IMG/VR virus record: IMGVR_UViG_3300037067_022526
Coordinates: 64,001-128,000 of that record
DNA from: a virus
Lineage: Duplodnaviria > Caudoviricetes
DNA: 64,000 nucleotides
Reading direction: 5' to 3' (one strand)
The position numbers and the translations under genes are program-made. Positions 38,283 to 48,777 of the stretch are shown piece by piece. The notes under the pieces are model-generated. The model did no database searches. It saw only the letters and a list, made by a program, of their open reading frames with translations, and was not told where the DNA came from. Position 1 is the stretch's first letter. Every line of letters starts with the position of its first letter.

Positions 38283-38741
38283 ATGTATGCGCTTTATGCA
38301 GATGGGTCGTGTCAGCCCAATCCCGGTACTGGTGGCTGGGCCTATATATTAAAGTGCCCCGATGGCACAGAACTGGTAGGTTCGGGATTTGAAAACGAAT
38401 CTACCAACAACCGGATGGAGTTACGATCCGTCATTGAGGGATTGTATGTTTTTAAACAAACAGCGCCTGTCAACGAGCAATTGACCCTTATCTTGGATAG
38501 TAAATACGTTCTGGATGGTATTTCGATCTGGAGTAAAAAATGGGTAAAACAGGGTTGGATTAAGAAAAATGGAAAGCCAGTTTTAAATGAAAATTTATGG
38601 AAAGAACTAATCTTTCTCGCTTCGAATATCAAAATGAAGTTTGAGCACGTAAAAGGGCATACCGGACATCCTGAAAACGAAAGATGCGACAAATTGGCGG
38701 TTCAGGCAGCAAAAAGAAGCATTGCAAAGGAGCAGAGATGA
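38283..38741 (+). CDS. rnhA: Ribonuclease HI
   Basis: DGSC.PNPG.GG, TNNRMEL, DSKYV, VKGHTG..ENERCD. Confidence 0.95.
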   Translation: MYALYADGSCQPNPGTGGWAYILKCPDGTELVGSGFENESTNNRMELRSVIEGLYVFKQTAPVNEQLTLILDSKYVLDGISIWSKKWVKQGWIKKNGKPVLNENLWKELIFLASNIKMKFEHVKGHTGHPENERCDKLAVQAAKRSIAKEQR

Positions 38742-39081
38742 AATTCATTCGAAAATCTTCGGCCACCAGAAATAAATCGCTTTTTCCTAGATACTATTGT
38801 TCCGGGAACGGATACGATACATGGGAGATTGATATTTTGCAGGGACATCGAAGAACAGAAAGTCTTGCTAAGTTTCGGGTAGTCAAATCGGGTGATAATT
38901 TGTCCATTGAACGCAATGTAATTAATAAACCCAATAAAACATTTCCAGTTACATCCCTAAAAAATACAGATAAAATGTCTGTATCAGAAGAGGTAATGTT
39001 TCGAACAGCATATTGTGAGGCACAAGTTCTTGCGATAGAATATACCAGAAAAATACAAGAGAAATATACAAGTGAGACACG

Positions 39082-40089
39082 ATGAGCAGAGATTTTTATG
39101 AGATATTAGGTGTTTCAAAATCTGCTTCTCAAGATGAAATTAAAAGTGCTTATCGAAAACTCGCCAAAGAATGGCATCCCGATAAGCACTCCGAGGATAA
39201 GAAAAAAGAAGCAGAAATTAAATTTAAAGAAATTGCTGCAGCTTATGAAACGCTAATTGATTCTGATAAAAGGCAGAAATACGACCAATTTGGGGAAGAT
39301 GGAAATAAGTTTACATCTGGATGGAGTTCTCATGTTGATATAGACGATATGGGATTTGGATTCTTTGGAAGGCGAAAACCCCAGAGGGGAGAAGATATAA
39401 AAATACTTGTTCCCCTAACCCTGGAAGAGTCTGCCACTGGCATTACTAAAACCATAGATGTTCCCCGAAATGATATATGCGACAAATGCAAGGGTGCCGG
39501 TGGCACAGGATCTGCCTGTTCCGCGTGTGGAGGACAGGGTCGGGTTCAACAGAAACATCCTATGGGAATATCTATATCAACCTGTCCAGCTTGTTGGGGC
39601 GAAGGAGTCAGAATCACAACGCAATGTCCTAATTGCTCTGGTGCAGGATATACTACATCATCTAAGCAAATCGAAATTAAAATACCACCCGGAGTTGATA
39701 CGGGCGAAGCAATTTTAATTCAACACGAGGGACACAGAAGTATTTATGATACTCCAAGAGGCCACGTTTATTTTGTGATGAAAATAAGTTCACATCCCAA
39801 TTTTACTAGGGATAATATCACAATACGATCCCGTGCTAAAATTCCCATAACTACGGCAATACTTGGGGGGAAGATACCAGTAAATACCATCTATGGAACT
39901 CAAATGGAATTAAAAATACCGCCAGGAACTCAGCCATCGGCAACTTTCCGAATGAAGGGTAAAGGGATAAAGAAGAACAATCTCATAGGTGATCATCTTA
40001 TAGAAGTGCAGGTTGAAATACCTCAGAAAATGTCCGATGAAGCTAAAGACGCATTCCAAAAGTTTGCCAATATCTATAAGAAACGGTAG
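39082..40089 (+). CDS. dnaJ: DnaJ chaperone
   Basis: J-domain HPD, four CxxCxGxG repeats, C-terminal domain. Confidence 0.95.
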   Translation: MSRDFYEILGVSKSASQDEIKSAYRKLAKEWHPDKHSEDKKKEAEIKFKEIAAAYETLIDSDKRQKYDQFGEDGNKFTSGWSSHVDIDDMGFGFFGRRKPQRGEDIKILVPLTLEESATGITKTIDVPRNDICDKCKGAGGTGSACSACGGQGRVQQKHPMGISISTCPACWGEGVRITTQCPNCSGAGYTTSSKQIEIKIPPGVDTGEAILIQHEGHRSIYDTPRGHVYFVMKISSHPNFTRDNITIRSRAKIPITTAILGGKIPVNTIYGTQMELKIPPGTQPSATFRMKGKGIKKNNLIGDHLIEVQVEIPQKMSDEAKDAFQKFANIYKKR

Positions 40090-40103
40090 AAGGTGATTTA
40101 AAA

Positions 40104-40147
40104 TAACCGCGAGTGGAATTCTAGCAATTTTCCGCCCGCGGTTTCTT
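40104..40147. terminator. Hairpin between convergent dnaJ and sigma genes
   Basis: AACCGCG..GGAA / TTCC..CGCGGTT inverted repeat. Confidence 0.55.
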
Positions 40148-40184
40148 TAGATGTGCATCTTTTTTGAGTCTGCTAGTTTGGTGC

Positions 40185-40937
40185 TCATTCCAGAGTTGGA
40201 TCTGCCTTCATATATTGGCGTAATTTATTAACCCCGTCCGCTTGTATTTGTCGTATTCGTTCCTTAGATAAGTTATAAATTTGGCTAACTATTTCTAGAG
40301 TATTTTTCGTATCAGTGAACCTGAGACCAATTATTGCCCGCTCTCTACTGGTTAAATTGGCAGAGATAAGAGCAGATTCTAATCTATCTTTATATAGTTC
40401 TAAATTCTCATCTTCTTGTTTCTCAATAGGATCAAATTCGGATATATCGAGAGCATTGTGTTTGTTGTGTTGTCTCGCGGCGGCATTAAAACGGTATAGG
40501 ATTGATCGGCATGCGTAAGTACTGAATTTAAATCCTCGCCACGGATCAAACGATTCTGCTGCAGATATCAGCGCCAAAGAACCATCGCTAACAAGCGTAT
40601 CTCTATCAACTCCATTCACTGATGTTTTCTGGATACAGTCATAAACTAACGACATGTTGGCTGTTATTATACGATTGCGAATTATATCTGTAACTTTTTT
40701 CCAGAAGAATGTATCTCTATTTTCCTGCATTTCACAATATAGCCTCCATTTAGCGTAGTGAAATGCCTTAAAGTAAATTATTTCATCTTTTACTACTTCG
40801 TCTGGATATGATAATGAAATTGAATTTTCGCTGATACCAATTGGCGATAAAAAAATCGATGAAGCATTGGGGTTCTGGAATTCTGCCACCGCACTTTTGT
40901 TGAACTTAATTGTGTTCGACTCATTTGTTTTACTCAT
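40185..40937 (-). CDS. Sigma-70 family RNA polymerase sigma factor
   Basis: Region 2 FDPWRGFKFSTYA; region 4 LT.RER.II.LRF..TLE......LSKERIRQI. Confidence 0.92.
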   Translation of the reverse strand: MSKTNESNTIKFNKSAVAEFQNPNASSIFLSPIGISENSISLSYPDEVVKDEIIYFKAFHYAKWRLYCEMQENRDTFFWKKVTDIIRNRIITANMSLVYDCIQKTSVNGVDRDTLVSDGSLALISAAESFDPWRGFKFSTYACRSILYRFNAAARQHNKHNALDISEFDPIEKQEDENLELYKDRLESALISANLTSRERAIIGLRFTDTKNTLEIVSQIYNLSKERIRQIQADGVNKLRQYMKADPTLE

Positions 40938-41035
40938 AGTGGGCATTATACCACATTGGCACCGGATGTCAAGACATTTTAGGATTCATGGGTTTTTTGA
41001 TTGACAAATGCCTATTTAGTGGTATACTGTGCTAT

Positions 41036-42400
41036 ATGAAAGCAAAAGAATTGTTAAACATCGGGTACAAAGAAGGTCCGGTAATTGGAATCGCCCTAAA
41101 GGCGACTCAAAATGCCAAGGCACACGGTATGCACGCTCAAGAAATTAGAGATATTGTGCGCTACATTCTGTCTGACCCATCGACCTATTTGAATCACCCC
41201 CAATTGGGGATTATTGCACAATATTTAGAATCACAAAAGCGACCTGCATACGATTTTTCTGATAAAGAATTTTCAATATTCGGGAAAGAACTAGTTGATG
41301 AAAATACGCTAGAGCAAATGAAAAATTGCATGAGATTGCCAATCTCAGTCGCAGGGGCAACGATGCCTGACGCACATGTCGGGTATGGTTTGCCGATCGG
41401 TGGAGTTTTAGCAACTGATAATTCGATAATACCTTTTGCCGTCGGGGTCGATATAGCCTGTCGTATGATGCTTACAGTGTTGCCAATGCCAGCGTCAGAT
41501 ATTGGTAAATATCGAGATGATTTTCATAAATTAATTGGGAAGCACACTCGATTCGGATTGGGAGCATCATATGAAAATAAATTAGAGCACGAAGTAATGG
41601 ATGATGACTGGAGTTTTTCTCCCATAGTTAAACAGGTAAAAGATTTGGCCTGGGAACAGCTTGGAACTCAGGGCGGAGGCAACCATTTCTGTGATGTTGG
41701 AGAAATAGATCTGGCCGGAAATAAATATATTGCAATAATTACTCATTCTGGTTCTCGCGGTCCCGGAAATAAAATTGCAACTTACTATTCTGATTTGGCT
41801 AAATCTTTACGTCCATTTTTGCCAAATGAATATAAACACTTGGCCTGGTTGGATATGGATAGCGATGAAGGAGTTGAGTATTGGCGCGCAATGCACCTAA
41901 TGGGTAGATATGCATCTGCGAGCCATCACTTAACACATGAGGGTTTTCTGAGTGGACTAAAAGTAGAGCCACTTCTACAAGTTGAGAATCACCACAATTT
42001 CTGCTGGAAAGAAATTGTAAATGGACGCGAACTTTATGTTCATCGAAAGGGTGCTACTCCTGCCCAATCAGGAGTACTGGGGATAATACCCGGAAGCATG
42101 GCTACGCCGGGGTTTTTAGTAAAAGGTAAAGGCAATTTATTGTCTCTTAATTCCGCTTCTCACGGAGCAGGGAGAGCCAAAAGTCGTAAAGCCACCAAAG
42201 AATCTACTCGATGGAGCCACGTCAGAGCAATGCTCAAAGAGCGTGGCGTGGAATTGCTTGGAGCAGGATTGGATGAGGCACCAACTGGCTACAAGCCAAT
42301 TCGGGATGTCATGAATGCTCAGAAAGATTTGGTTGAAATCATAGCTGAGTTCACGCCTCGTATCGTAATGATGGCAGAAGACGGGTCTTCTGAAGATTAA
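41036..42400 (+). CDS. rtcB: RtcB RNA ligase
   Basis: MPDAHVGYGLPIGG, VGVDIAC, GGGNHF, HSGSRG, NHHN, HRKGA, PGSM, SHGAGR. Confidence 0.96.
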   Translation: MKAKELLNIGYKEGPVIGIALKATQNAKAHGMHAQEIRDIVRYILSDPSTYLNHPQLGIIAQYLESQKRPAYDFSDKEFSIFGKELVDENTLEQMKNCMRLPISVAGATMPDAHVGYGLPIGGVLATDNSIIPFAVGVDIACRMMLTVLPMPASDIGKYRDDFHKLIGKHTRFGLGASYENKLEHEVMDDDWSFSPIVKQVKDLAWEQLGTQGGGNHFCDVGEIDLAGNKYIAIITHSGSRGPGNKIATYYSDLAKSLRPFLPNEYKHLAWLDMDSDEGVEYWRAMHLMGRYASASHHLTHEGFLSGLKVEPLLQVENHHNFCWKEIVNGRELYVHRKGATPAQSGVLGIIPGSMATPGFLVKGKGNLLSLNSASHGAGRAKSRKATKESTRWSHVRAMLKERGVELLGAGLDEAPTGYKPIRDVMNAQKDLVEIIAEFTPRIVMMAEDGSSED

Positions 42401-43356
42401 TATACAGCGTAAGGCAAATTAAATGCAGCACCGTATTGCAATAGCATGTTTTCTAGATACACATTGAGAGGCCCATTAGATTGCATTGTATCGACTGAAT
42501 TCCCACATTGATTTTTTGGTTCCGGGCTCAGTATTGGACTAGGTATACTGACTTTTGCCTTATTCCAGTTGTTCGCTCCAATATCTTCTATTAGAATTTT
42601 TCTAATCTCCTCATCTGATGGAACAGCAACATTCGGATCTATAACAAAATTAAGTCCCATTCTATTTGTCCACTCTCTAATTCGGCGTATGGGTATTATC
42701 AAGTTAAAAGTTTCACCGCCACCACGAACAAGCATTCCGACGTATTCTCCATTTTCTTCGAGGAAAATGCCACCGCCAGATGACCCCGGCAAAGCAGTGC
42801 AGCTTGTCTGGTCATAGATTTTTCCATCATATATTCTACCAATAGAATTAATAATACCATTAGTCAGAGAATTGCTTCCGAATTCACCCCGTAGCGATCC
42901 AACATGATATAGCCTTGTTCCTATCTTGGGTATATCATTGCTCAAATAAAATGTGGCGCTCTCTGTTGCGAAATTTTTCTTTATGATTTGCAACAACGCC
43001 AAATCTTCTCCGCTGTCAGCATTTGAGTATGAGATTACTTTTGCAGTCATCTCCACTTGTCCCACTTTTCTGCCGTCTTCGTATACATTTTGAATTATAC
43101 TTGCATCATTAAATTCAACAACAGTCCGATCCATCCCTGAATCTATCACGGATCTGGTTTTTCGCAGAGATGAAACCACATGCCCCGCTGTTAGAACGAA
43201 ATTATATTCACCTCGTTTAACAATAACACCCGAGCCCTCACTTCCTCCGGCTTTGATTGTCACAGAGACAGATTGTAATTTTTCTGCCACTGTATCCGCA
43301 ATTGTAACCAAAGGAAAAACTAACAGTAAAAATATCCCAATTAGAGTTTTAGACAT
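42397..43356 (-). CDS. Secreted trypsin-like serine protease
   Basis: Signal peptide; LTAGHV, DLALL, PGSSGGG triad motifs. Confidence 0.88.
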   Translation of the reverse strand: MSKTLIGIFLLLVFPLVTIADTVAEKLQSVSVTIKAGGSEGSGVIVKRGEYNFVLTAGHVVSSLRKTRSVIDSGMDRTVVEFNDASIIQNVYEDGRKVGQVEMTAKVISYSNADSGEDLALLQIIKKNFATESATFYLSNDIPKIGTRLYHVGSLRGEFGSNSLTNGIINSIGRIYDGKIYDQTSCTALPGSSGGGIFLEENGEYVGMLVRGGGETFNLIIPIRRIREWTNRMGLNFVIDPNVAVPSDEEIRKILIEDIGANNWNKAKVSIPSPILSPEPKNQCGNSVDTMQSNGPLNVYLENMLLQYGAAFNLPYAVY

Positions 43357-43388
43357 GACTGGTCTCCTTTGTATGGGCCTTCTATGAA

Positions 43389-45290
43389 TTATACCTGACG
43401 ATACACGTCAAGTTCTCCGGAGTCTATCATATTCTTGACAATTTGTTCAGCCTGCTCTTCTGTTAATAATGGATTTTTTATCTGTTCATCTCTAATTTTG
43501 TTTCTAACGAATTGTATGTAGCCAATCCTTCCTTCTGGTGGTCGCCCTGGTTCAATACCAACAATAGACTGGACCCGTTCTCTGGATAGTATCTGAGGTA
43601 AAAACGATTTGGCAATTTCTACAGCCTTTGTTTTTTGCTCATCGACCGATAAAACCTGGGCAATTCCAAAGTTTCTATACTGTGCCTGCCGTATGGCATT
43701 CATTATCTCGCCTATTATTTTGCCCGGCTTAATACCGAGCAATCGTTGAATTTCATTCCCGTTCAACAATATTGGTAAATTTATCTTTTCAATTCTCTGA
43801 ATTGTTTTATCGTATTCGCGGGCTTCGCCCATATCTGGCTGTTCGTGCTTAGACATCGCATCAGCCATGGCGTGAATATATATTATTTTCCAAAGCGGGT
43901 TTTTGTCCTTAAACTCCGCTATTTGGGCTGCATTATCTCGATTTCTAATATGGTCATGAGGCTGCATATGAGATGAAATAATACCACTAACGGATGATTT
44001 TTCTTGGTTTGACATCCTCATTGCATCAGAAAATCTGCTCCAGATTTCGTTACTAGATTCCTCGTGAGACATTTTCTGCCCTTTCGGCAGATTGGGATTC
44101 CCGGAGTATCCGATTTCTCCAGTTGGCTTTACCTTCTGTGTCCGTGGATCAAGTTTCCCAAAATCGTGAAATAATGAAGCCATATTAAGCAGCATTCTTT
44201 CCATTGGAGAAAGATTATATTGTTTAGCTAATTTATTGGCGTTCTTAAGCACTCTAAGGGTATGATTGATTAAATTCATGCTGTGATGCACATTTCTCTG
44301 ATCCATGTGTAATGGATTAAATGATTGCGGCAAACGAAGCATATTAGATAAAAGCCCGCATTGGTACATAATTCTCATGGCATCTGCAGGACGATCCCCA
44401 GACATGATTTTCCTAAATTCGTCTGCTATCTTTTCTACGACTATGCCCTTCGACGCAGGATCGAACATTTTATTGGTCAGTAATTTTTGTGCGTTTTCAT
44501 CAAACATGGATTCTTTTGTTGGTTCGTCTAATATCGCTTGAGAATATTTACTAAAGAATCGAAGAACCCTCAACAGCCTCGTTGGATCATCTATGAATAT
44601 ACGCCGAGCCTCTATTTGTTGCCAATCATCATCACTAATATTATCGGGTTTTCCACCGTCATACCCAGCAGGGATTGAGGGTGTTCTTAGCTTCATTTGG
44701 GCCAAATCAGGAAATCCACCGGTATAATCTTCTATTGTATTTTCATTTAAATTATAGAACATGGCGTTAATAGTCAGATCTCTCCTGAACGCATCATCCC
44801 AGGGTTTGCCCGGGACAACGATCGGATTTCTCACTAGTTTTTCTCCGGTATTTGGATCTGTCCAAATTTCTTTTCTTAAACTTACTACGTCAATCGGCAA
44901 TCCAAATATAGAGATTTGTCCGGCTGCAATTCGTTTGACTTGTTCATCTTTGGTCCGGAACTCTGCATTTAATATTCTAACATAATTTTGTGCTGTCCCA
45001 AATTTTCGATCCGCAAAACTTTTTAGTCCGTTAACAAAATCTATACCGGAAACTGAATCCACGGTTATGTCAATATCTTTAGGATTTGTGGTCGATTTAA
45101 TATCTGGCCTGGCTATGGGCAATAGTTTATCCCTCGTCCATCCTCCGGCCACTCTTACAATCGGATGAGATGGCATGGTTTGCACTGCTTCAAGAATGAA
45201 ATTAAAAACTTTTTGTTCCTCGGGAGTCCGCGAAATCTGTATTCCTTCCAAGATGGGTCCGTTGATTTTGTTACTTAAAATCTTTAACAT
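43389..45290 (-). CDS. cca: CCA-adding tRNA nucleotidyltransferase with HD domain
   Basis: AGGWTRD..DIDI, RRDLTINA, DDPTRLLR.LRF, HT..LFHDFGK. Confidence 0.9.
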   Translation of the reverse strand: MLKILSNKINGPILEGIQISRTPEEQKVFNFILEAVQTMPSHPIVRVAGGWTRDKLLPIARPDIKSTTNPKDIDITVDSVSGIDFVNGLKSFADRKFGTAQNYVRILNAEFRTKDEQVKRIAAGQISIFGLPIDVVSLRKEIWTDPNTGEKLVRNPIVVPGKPWDDAFRRDLTINAMFYNLNENTIEDYTGGFPDLAQMKLRTPSIPAGYDGGKPDNISDDDWQQIEARRIFIDDPTRLLRVLRFFSKYSQAILDEPTKESMFDENAQKLLTNKMFDPASKGIVVEKIADEFRKIMSGDRPADAMRIMYQCGLLSNMLRLPQSFNPLHMDQRNVHHSMNLINHTLRVLKNANKLAKQYNLSPMERMLLNMASLFHDFGKLDPRTQKVKPTGEIGYSGNPNLPKGQKMSHEESSNEIWSRFSDAMRMSNQEKSSVSGIISSHMQPHDHIRNRDNAAQIAEFKDKNPLWKIIYIHAMADAMSKHEQPDMGEAREYDKTIQRIEKINLPILLNGNEIQRLLGIKPGKIIGEIMNAIRQAQYRNFGIAQVLSVDEQKTKAVEIAKSFLPQILSRERVQSIVGIEPGRPPEGRIGYIQFVRNKIRDEQIKNPLLTEEQAEQIVKNMIDSGELDVYRQV

Positions 45291-45389
45291 TTGTTCTTAC
45301 TCTTAATAATTAAAACTATTGAAGGGAATAACCTTTTCAGAATGGTAATATTAATACAGGAAACCACTATAGTAAAATTAGGAGTTTAT

Positions 45390-45782
45390 ATGCCACCAAA
45401 AGAAGAAACTAACGCTCTTCATTTAATATCAGATATTTTAGATAAACTTATTGAAGCCCAGCAAAAGAATGCAGATACTAACGCATCTGTGTCTGTTTTG
45501 CTTGATGAAACAGTAGAATCTGTCAGGCATATCAAATCGTTGTTTACTAATGGTTTTCGGTCTGAAATCAAGGGACATATTACACAAGAGTCTGAAAAGG
45601 TTATTCAAAATCAATCCAAAATTCTAGATAGTATTGAAACGTCCAATAACAATATCATGAAAGTGTACGATGCCCTTTCCAAGCCATGGTATTGGATTAA
45701 ATTATTTGGAACAATGTTAGGTGCCATTGCTATCATAATTACAGCCGTGTGGAAATCTCTAGATTTTTTGGGAATTAAATAA
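45390..45782 (+). CDS. Hypothetical protein with C-terminal TM helix
   Basis: AGGAG SD; coiled region plus hydrophobic tail. Confidence 0.55.
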   Translation: MPPKEETNALHLISDILDKLIEAQQKNADTNASVSVLLDETVESVRHIKSLFTNGFRSEIKGHITQESEKVIQNQSKILDSIETSNNNIMKVYDALSKPWYWIKLFGTMLGAIAIIITAVWKSLDFLGIK

Positions 45783-46189
45783 TGTTACATATTTTTAAAA
45801 AAGTTGCAGATATCAGTATTAACACAATTATAATAACAGACTACGATGGCAATATAACCTACGTGAATGACGCATTTACGGAAACCACCGGATATACGTT
45901 CGAGGAAGTTCAGGGTAAAAATCCAAGAATAATCAAAGGCGGACACCTTACAGAAGATTATTATAAAGAAATGTGGGATGCCCTAAAAAGCGGAGAAGAG
46001 TGGTCCGGAGAATTCTTAAACAAAGACAAATTCGGTGATGAGTATTGGACATTTTCTCGGATTGCACCTGTTCTAGATGTTGATGGATCAATTTATTTTA
46101 TAGCAGTTCAACAAGACATAACTAAAATTAGAGATCTAGAAGATAAACTGGTTATGCTTTCTAGCAAAGCAGAACAAATTTGCCAATAG
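45782..46189 (+). CDS. Stand-alone PAS/PAC domain protein
   Basis: IIITD.DG.ITYVN.AF...TGY..EEV.GKNPR..W.GE..NK.K.G..YW..DIT. Confidence 0.9.
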   Translation: MLHIFKKVADISINTIIITDYDGNITYVNDAFTETTGYTFEEVQGKNPRIIKGGHLTEDYYKEMWDALKSGEEWSGEFLNKDKFGDEYWTFSRIAPVLDVDGSIYFIAVQQDITKIRDLEDKLVMLSSKAEQICQ

Positions 46190-46195
46190 GAATTC

Positions 46196-47215
46196 TCAAG
46201 AAACCATAATCAGTGGTATTTGCGCTCCATTTAACTCTCCAGAATGAACATATTTATCCTTACGGTTGGCGTCCTGTCTTCGTCCCTTCGACATAATTTG
46301 TTTAAACAATTCGGGCAGTGCCAGATAGACTGTTAATGTAGCATCTGGTTTTTCGTTATAAAATTCCGGAGTATTAGGATCAACTATTATATCTTGTTCT
46401 ATGCGGCCACCAGCGCCGATAGACGCTTTATCACAAGCATCATAATCAAGTGAATGATTTGTTATGACAGTAGTATCGGGCGAATTAACAAAACATTCGA
46501 TTTGTTCTTCGACTTCTGCAATATCTGCATTATTGCATTTAGGTAAAGTGAACTCTGGAACTGTAATTGTTGATGATGTATGAACATAACCACCAGTGGT
46601 AGCAATCGACCGCGTTTGCGCGCGGTTCGAATTTATTTGCCAGTTCTGCGGCGTGTGCAATGGCGAGAACCACATAGGATTTCCTAAAGAATAACTCGTT
46701 CTGTCAATACGCCCATCAACAATTTCTGGTTCCCATGCTGCTCGTTTAGGTAGAAAGAACGCAAATCCCAAAGCATGTGAATCTTGCAATTCAACGGGCA
46801 ATAGATATTCGTTAACCGCTAATCCGATACCAGCTTTAGTTACTATGAATTGATATACTTTGCCTTCTTTCACATATCCATCTATCCATTTTTGTCGAGG
46901 TAAAACAAGATAATTCTGCTTGGGATCTTTCTTGACTCCATCTTTAATGTTGCAAGATTCTCCGGTTATAGGATTAACTCTCTGAACAGATGGAATGACA
47001 GCGCTTGACCAGTTACCTCGAAAATCAATCCAAAATGGGTCTCCCTCTTTAACTGGAATGAATATACCGTTATTGGTCCATTCCTCTGGGCAAAAATAAT
47101 CTGCTACTCTAAATTCGTTAAATGGACCATAATCTGGCGGAAGGACATTCGCTTCAGGACTTATCTCTACGACTTTTGTTTGCCGTATGCTCACATAAAA
47201 ATTATTTGCTTTCAC
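46196..47215 (-). CDS. Conserved hypothetical protein
   Basis: QNYLV.P.Q.WIDG..QF..G.G..V and IGAGGRIEQ.I motifs. Confidence 0.65.
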   Translation of the reverse strand: MKANNFYVSIRQTKVVEISPEANVLPPDYGPFNEFRVADYFCPEEWTNNGIFIPVKEGDPFWIDFRGNWSSAVIPSVQRVNPITGESCNIKDGVKKDPKQNYLVLPRQKWIDGYVKEGKVYQFIVTKAGIGLAVNEYLLPVELQDSHALGFAFFLPKRAAWEPEIVDGRIDRTSYSLGNPMWFSPLHTPQNWQINSNRAQTRSIATTGGYVHTSSTITVPEFTLPKCNNADIAEVEEQIECFVNSPDTTVITNHSLDYDACDKASIGAGGRIEQDIIVDPNTPEFYNEKPDATLTVYLALPELFKQIMSKGRRQDANRKDKYVHSGELNGAQIPLIMVS

Positions 47216-47276
47216 GTTTTAATCTCCAAAATAGCACCAGAGGAGATTGCTCTCCCCTGGTGCTTGTTATTCACAT

Positions 47277-48230
47277 TTAGCCTACGAATCCGGTATCACA
47301 ACCTTTTACTGTATCACCCACAATCTGAAGAGTTGGAAGCTTGTTCAGTTTTTCCATCTCATCATATTTAAGTGCTGCTTTGGGAAACTTTTCTCTCATA
47401 GAAATATATGATTTGTCGGTCATAAATATATACATGCTAGATTTAGCTACATCATAAATTTCTTTTAAATCCCGCATATTGGTCGTTTTTTCAATATATC
47501 GAGCTTGTATATGGGCCAAAATACGTAATACTTTGTGCACTCCGGTCCAATTGGTGTCACTCTGAGGGCAATATCCATCGACTAATGGAATTTGCGGGAA
47601 GAACGGAGAAGCGTCGATTGTATCATTCGGGAATTTGTCAGCTTCATAAACCTTAAAAGCCTTATCTCCGATAACAATAACATCGAGTGTAGATTGTCGC
47701 TTTGCGATTCTGACGAGCTTTTCTGATTCTACGATATTAAGCGTATTGTCATCATTGAAGATTAAACATGGACGAGAACGGGTTCTTTTAGAAAGAATTT
47801 CTATTATCTCAGTAGCATCTCGATCATAATGCTCTAATAGTTCACGATCTGACCAATCCTCTTTTGGTCGATTAGATGATATTACATCTCGAATTACTGC
47901 TGCCACATCAGATGTTTCAGTTGCAGCATAGGTTACGCCGGGGGTTTTACCCCGCAATTCTGCAATTCCCATTCGTAATACGCTTTTAGGTAGCATTCCT
48001 GAATCGCAAAAACATTCAAATAAATCTTGCATAGTTAACCATTGCTCATTATCAAGCAATTTTAAGCTACGCTCAGTTTGACCATCAACTCCAATTTTAG
48101 CAAGAGCAATTAAGACATCGGATTCTAATAATCCTACGTCTTTTGCAAATAGTTGAATTCGCTTATTGAATTCGATTTTCCAAAGGGGGGTTGACTCTGA
48201 AACAGATGTGGTGGAATTAGTGTCACTCAT
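47277..48230 (-). CDS. Hypothetical protein
   Basis: 317-aa ORF, AAGGAG SD. Confidence 0.65.
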   Translation of the reverse strand: MSDTNSTTSVSESTPLWKIEFNKRIQLFAKDVGLLESDVLIALAKIGVDGQTERSLKLLDNEQWLTMQDLFECFCDSGMLPKSVLRMGIAELRGKTPGVTYAATETSDVAAVIRDVISSNRPKEDWSDRELLEHYDRDATEIIEILSKRTRSRPCLIFNDDNTLNIVESEKLVRIAKRQSTLDVIVIGDKAFKVYEADKFPNDTIDASPFFPQIPLVDGYCPQSDTNWTGVHKVLRILAHIQARYIEKTTNMRDLKEIYDVAKSSMYIFMTDKSYISMREKFPKAALKYDEMEKLNKLPTLQIVGDTVKGCDTGFVG

Positions 48231-48318
48231 TTTTCTCTCCTTTACACACTAGGCCACTCTACATTTTCTTATACGCCGTAGGAAGCGTAACTCTGGCAAC
48301 TCTGCCACTCTATTATAC

Positions 48319-48687
48319 TCATTCAGTCCGAGAATTCAACTTTTCTTCAAAATATTTTCCAGCGGTGAATAATAAATTTTCAATACAGTGCCAAATCCAG
48401 TTCATTCCGAAGACGGCTATTACACTACCAATATATCCCCAAATATCTGGCATCGGCGGAAAAACCCAGCAAACAATCAAAGAAATCCAGAGGCCGACGC
48501 ACATTGGACAATGAAACATTTTATACCACCAAGTATGGAAAAATGATGGGCGACTAAAAACCCGAGATGCGAGATATCGTTCTTTAACAAACTCCCGTGT
48601 TTTGTGCATTATAGATGATTTATTGATGGTCAGGGTGATTCCAAATACCACTAAGGAACAAAATATAAGTATACTTATCAAAATCAT
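48319..48687 (-). CDS. DUF1360-like membrane protein
   Basis: TM helices with CPMCVGLW. Confidence 0.6.
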   Translation of the reverse strand: MILISILIFCSLVVFGITLTINKSSIMHKTREFVKERYLASRVFSRPSFFHTWWYKMFHCPMCVGLWISLIVCWVFPPMPDIWGYIGSVIAVFGMNWIWHCIENLLFTAGKYFEEKLNSRTE

Positions 48688-48777
48688 CTCCTACAACAAT
48701 TATCAGTTTCTTCGGGATCAAAGTGCCACCAGTCGTGTATATAATTTATGAGAATTTCAATTCCAAAAAGAATTCTA

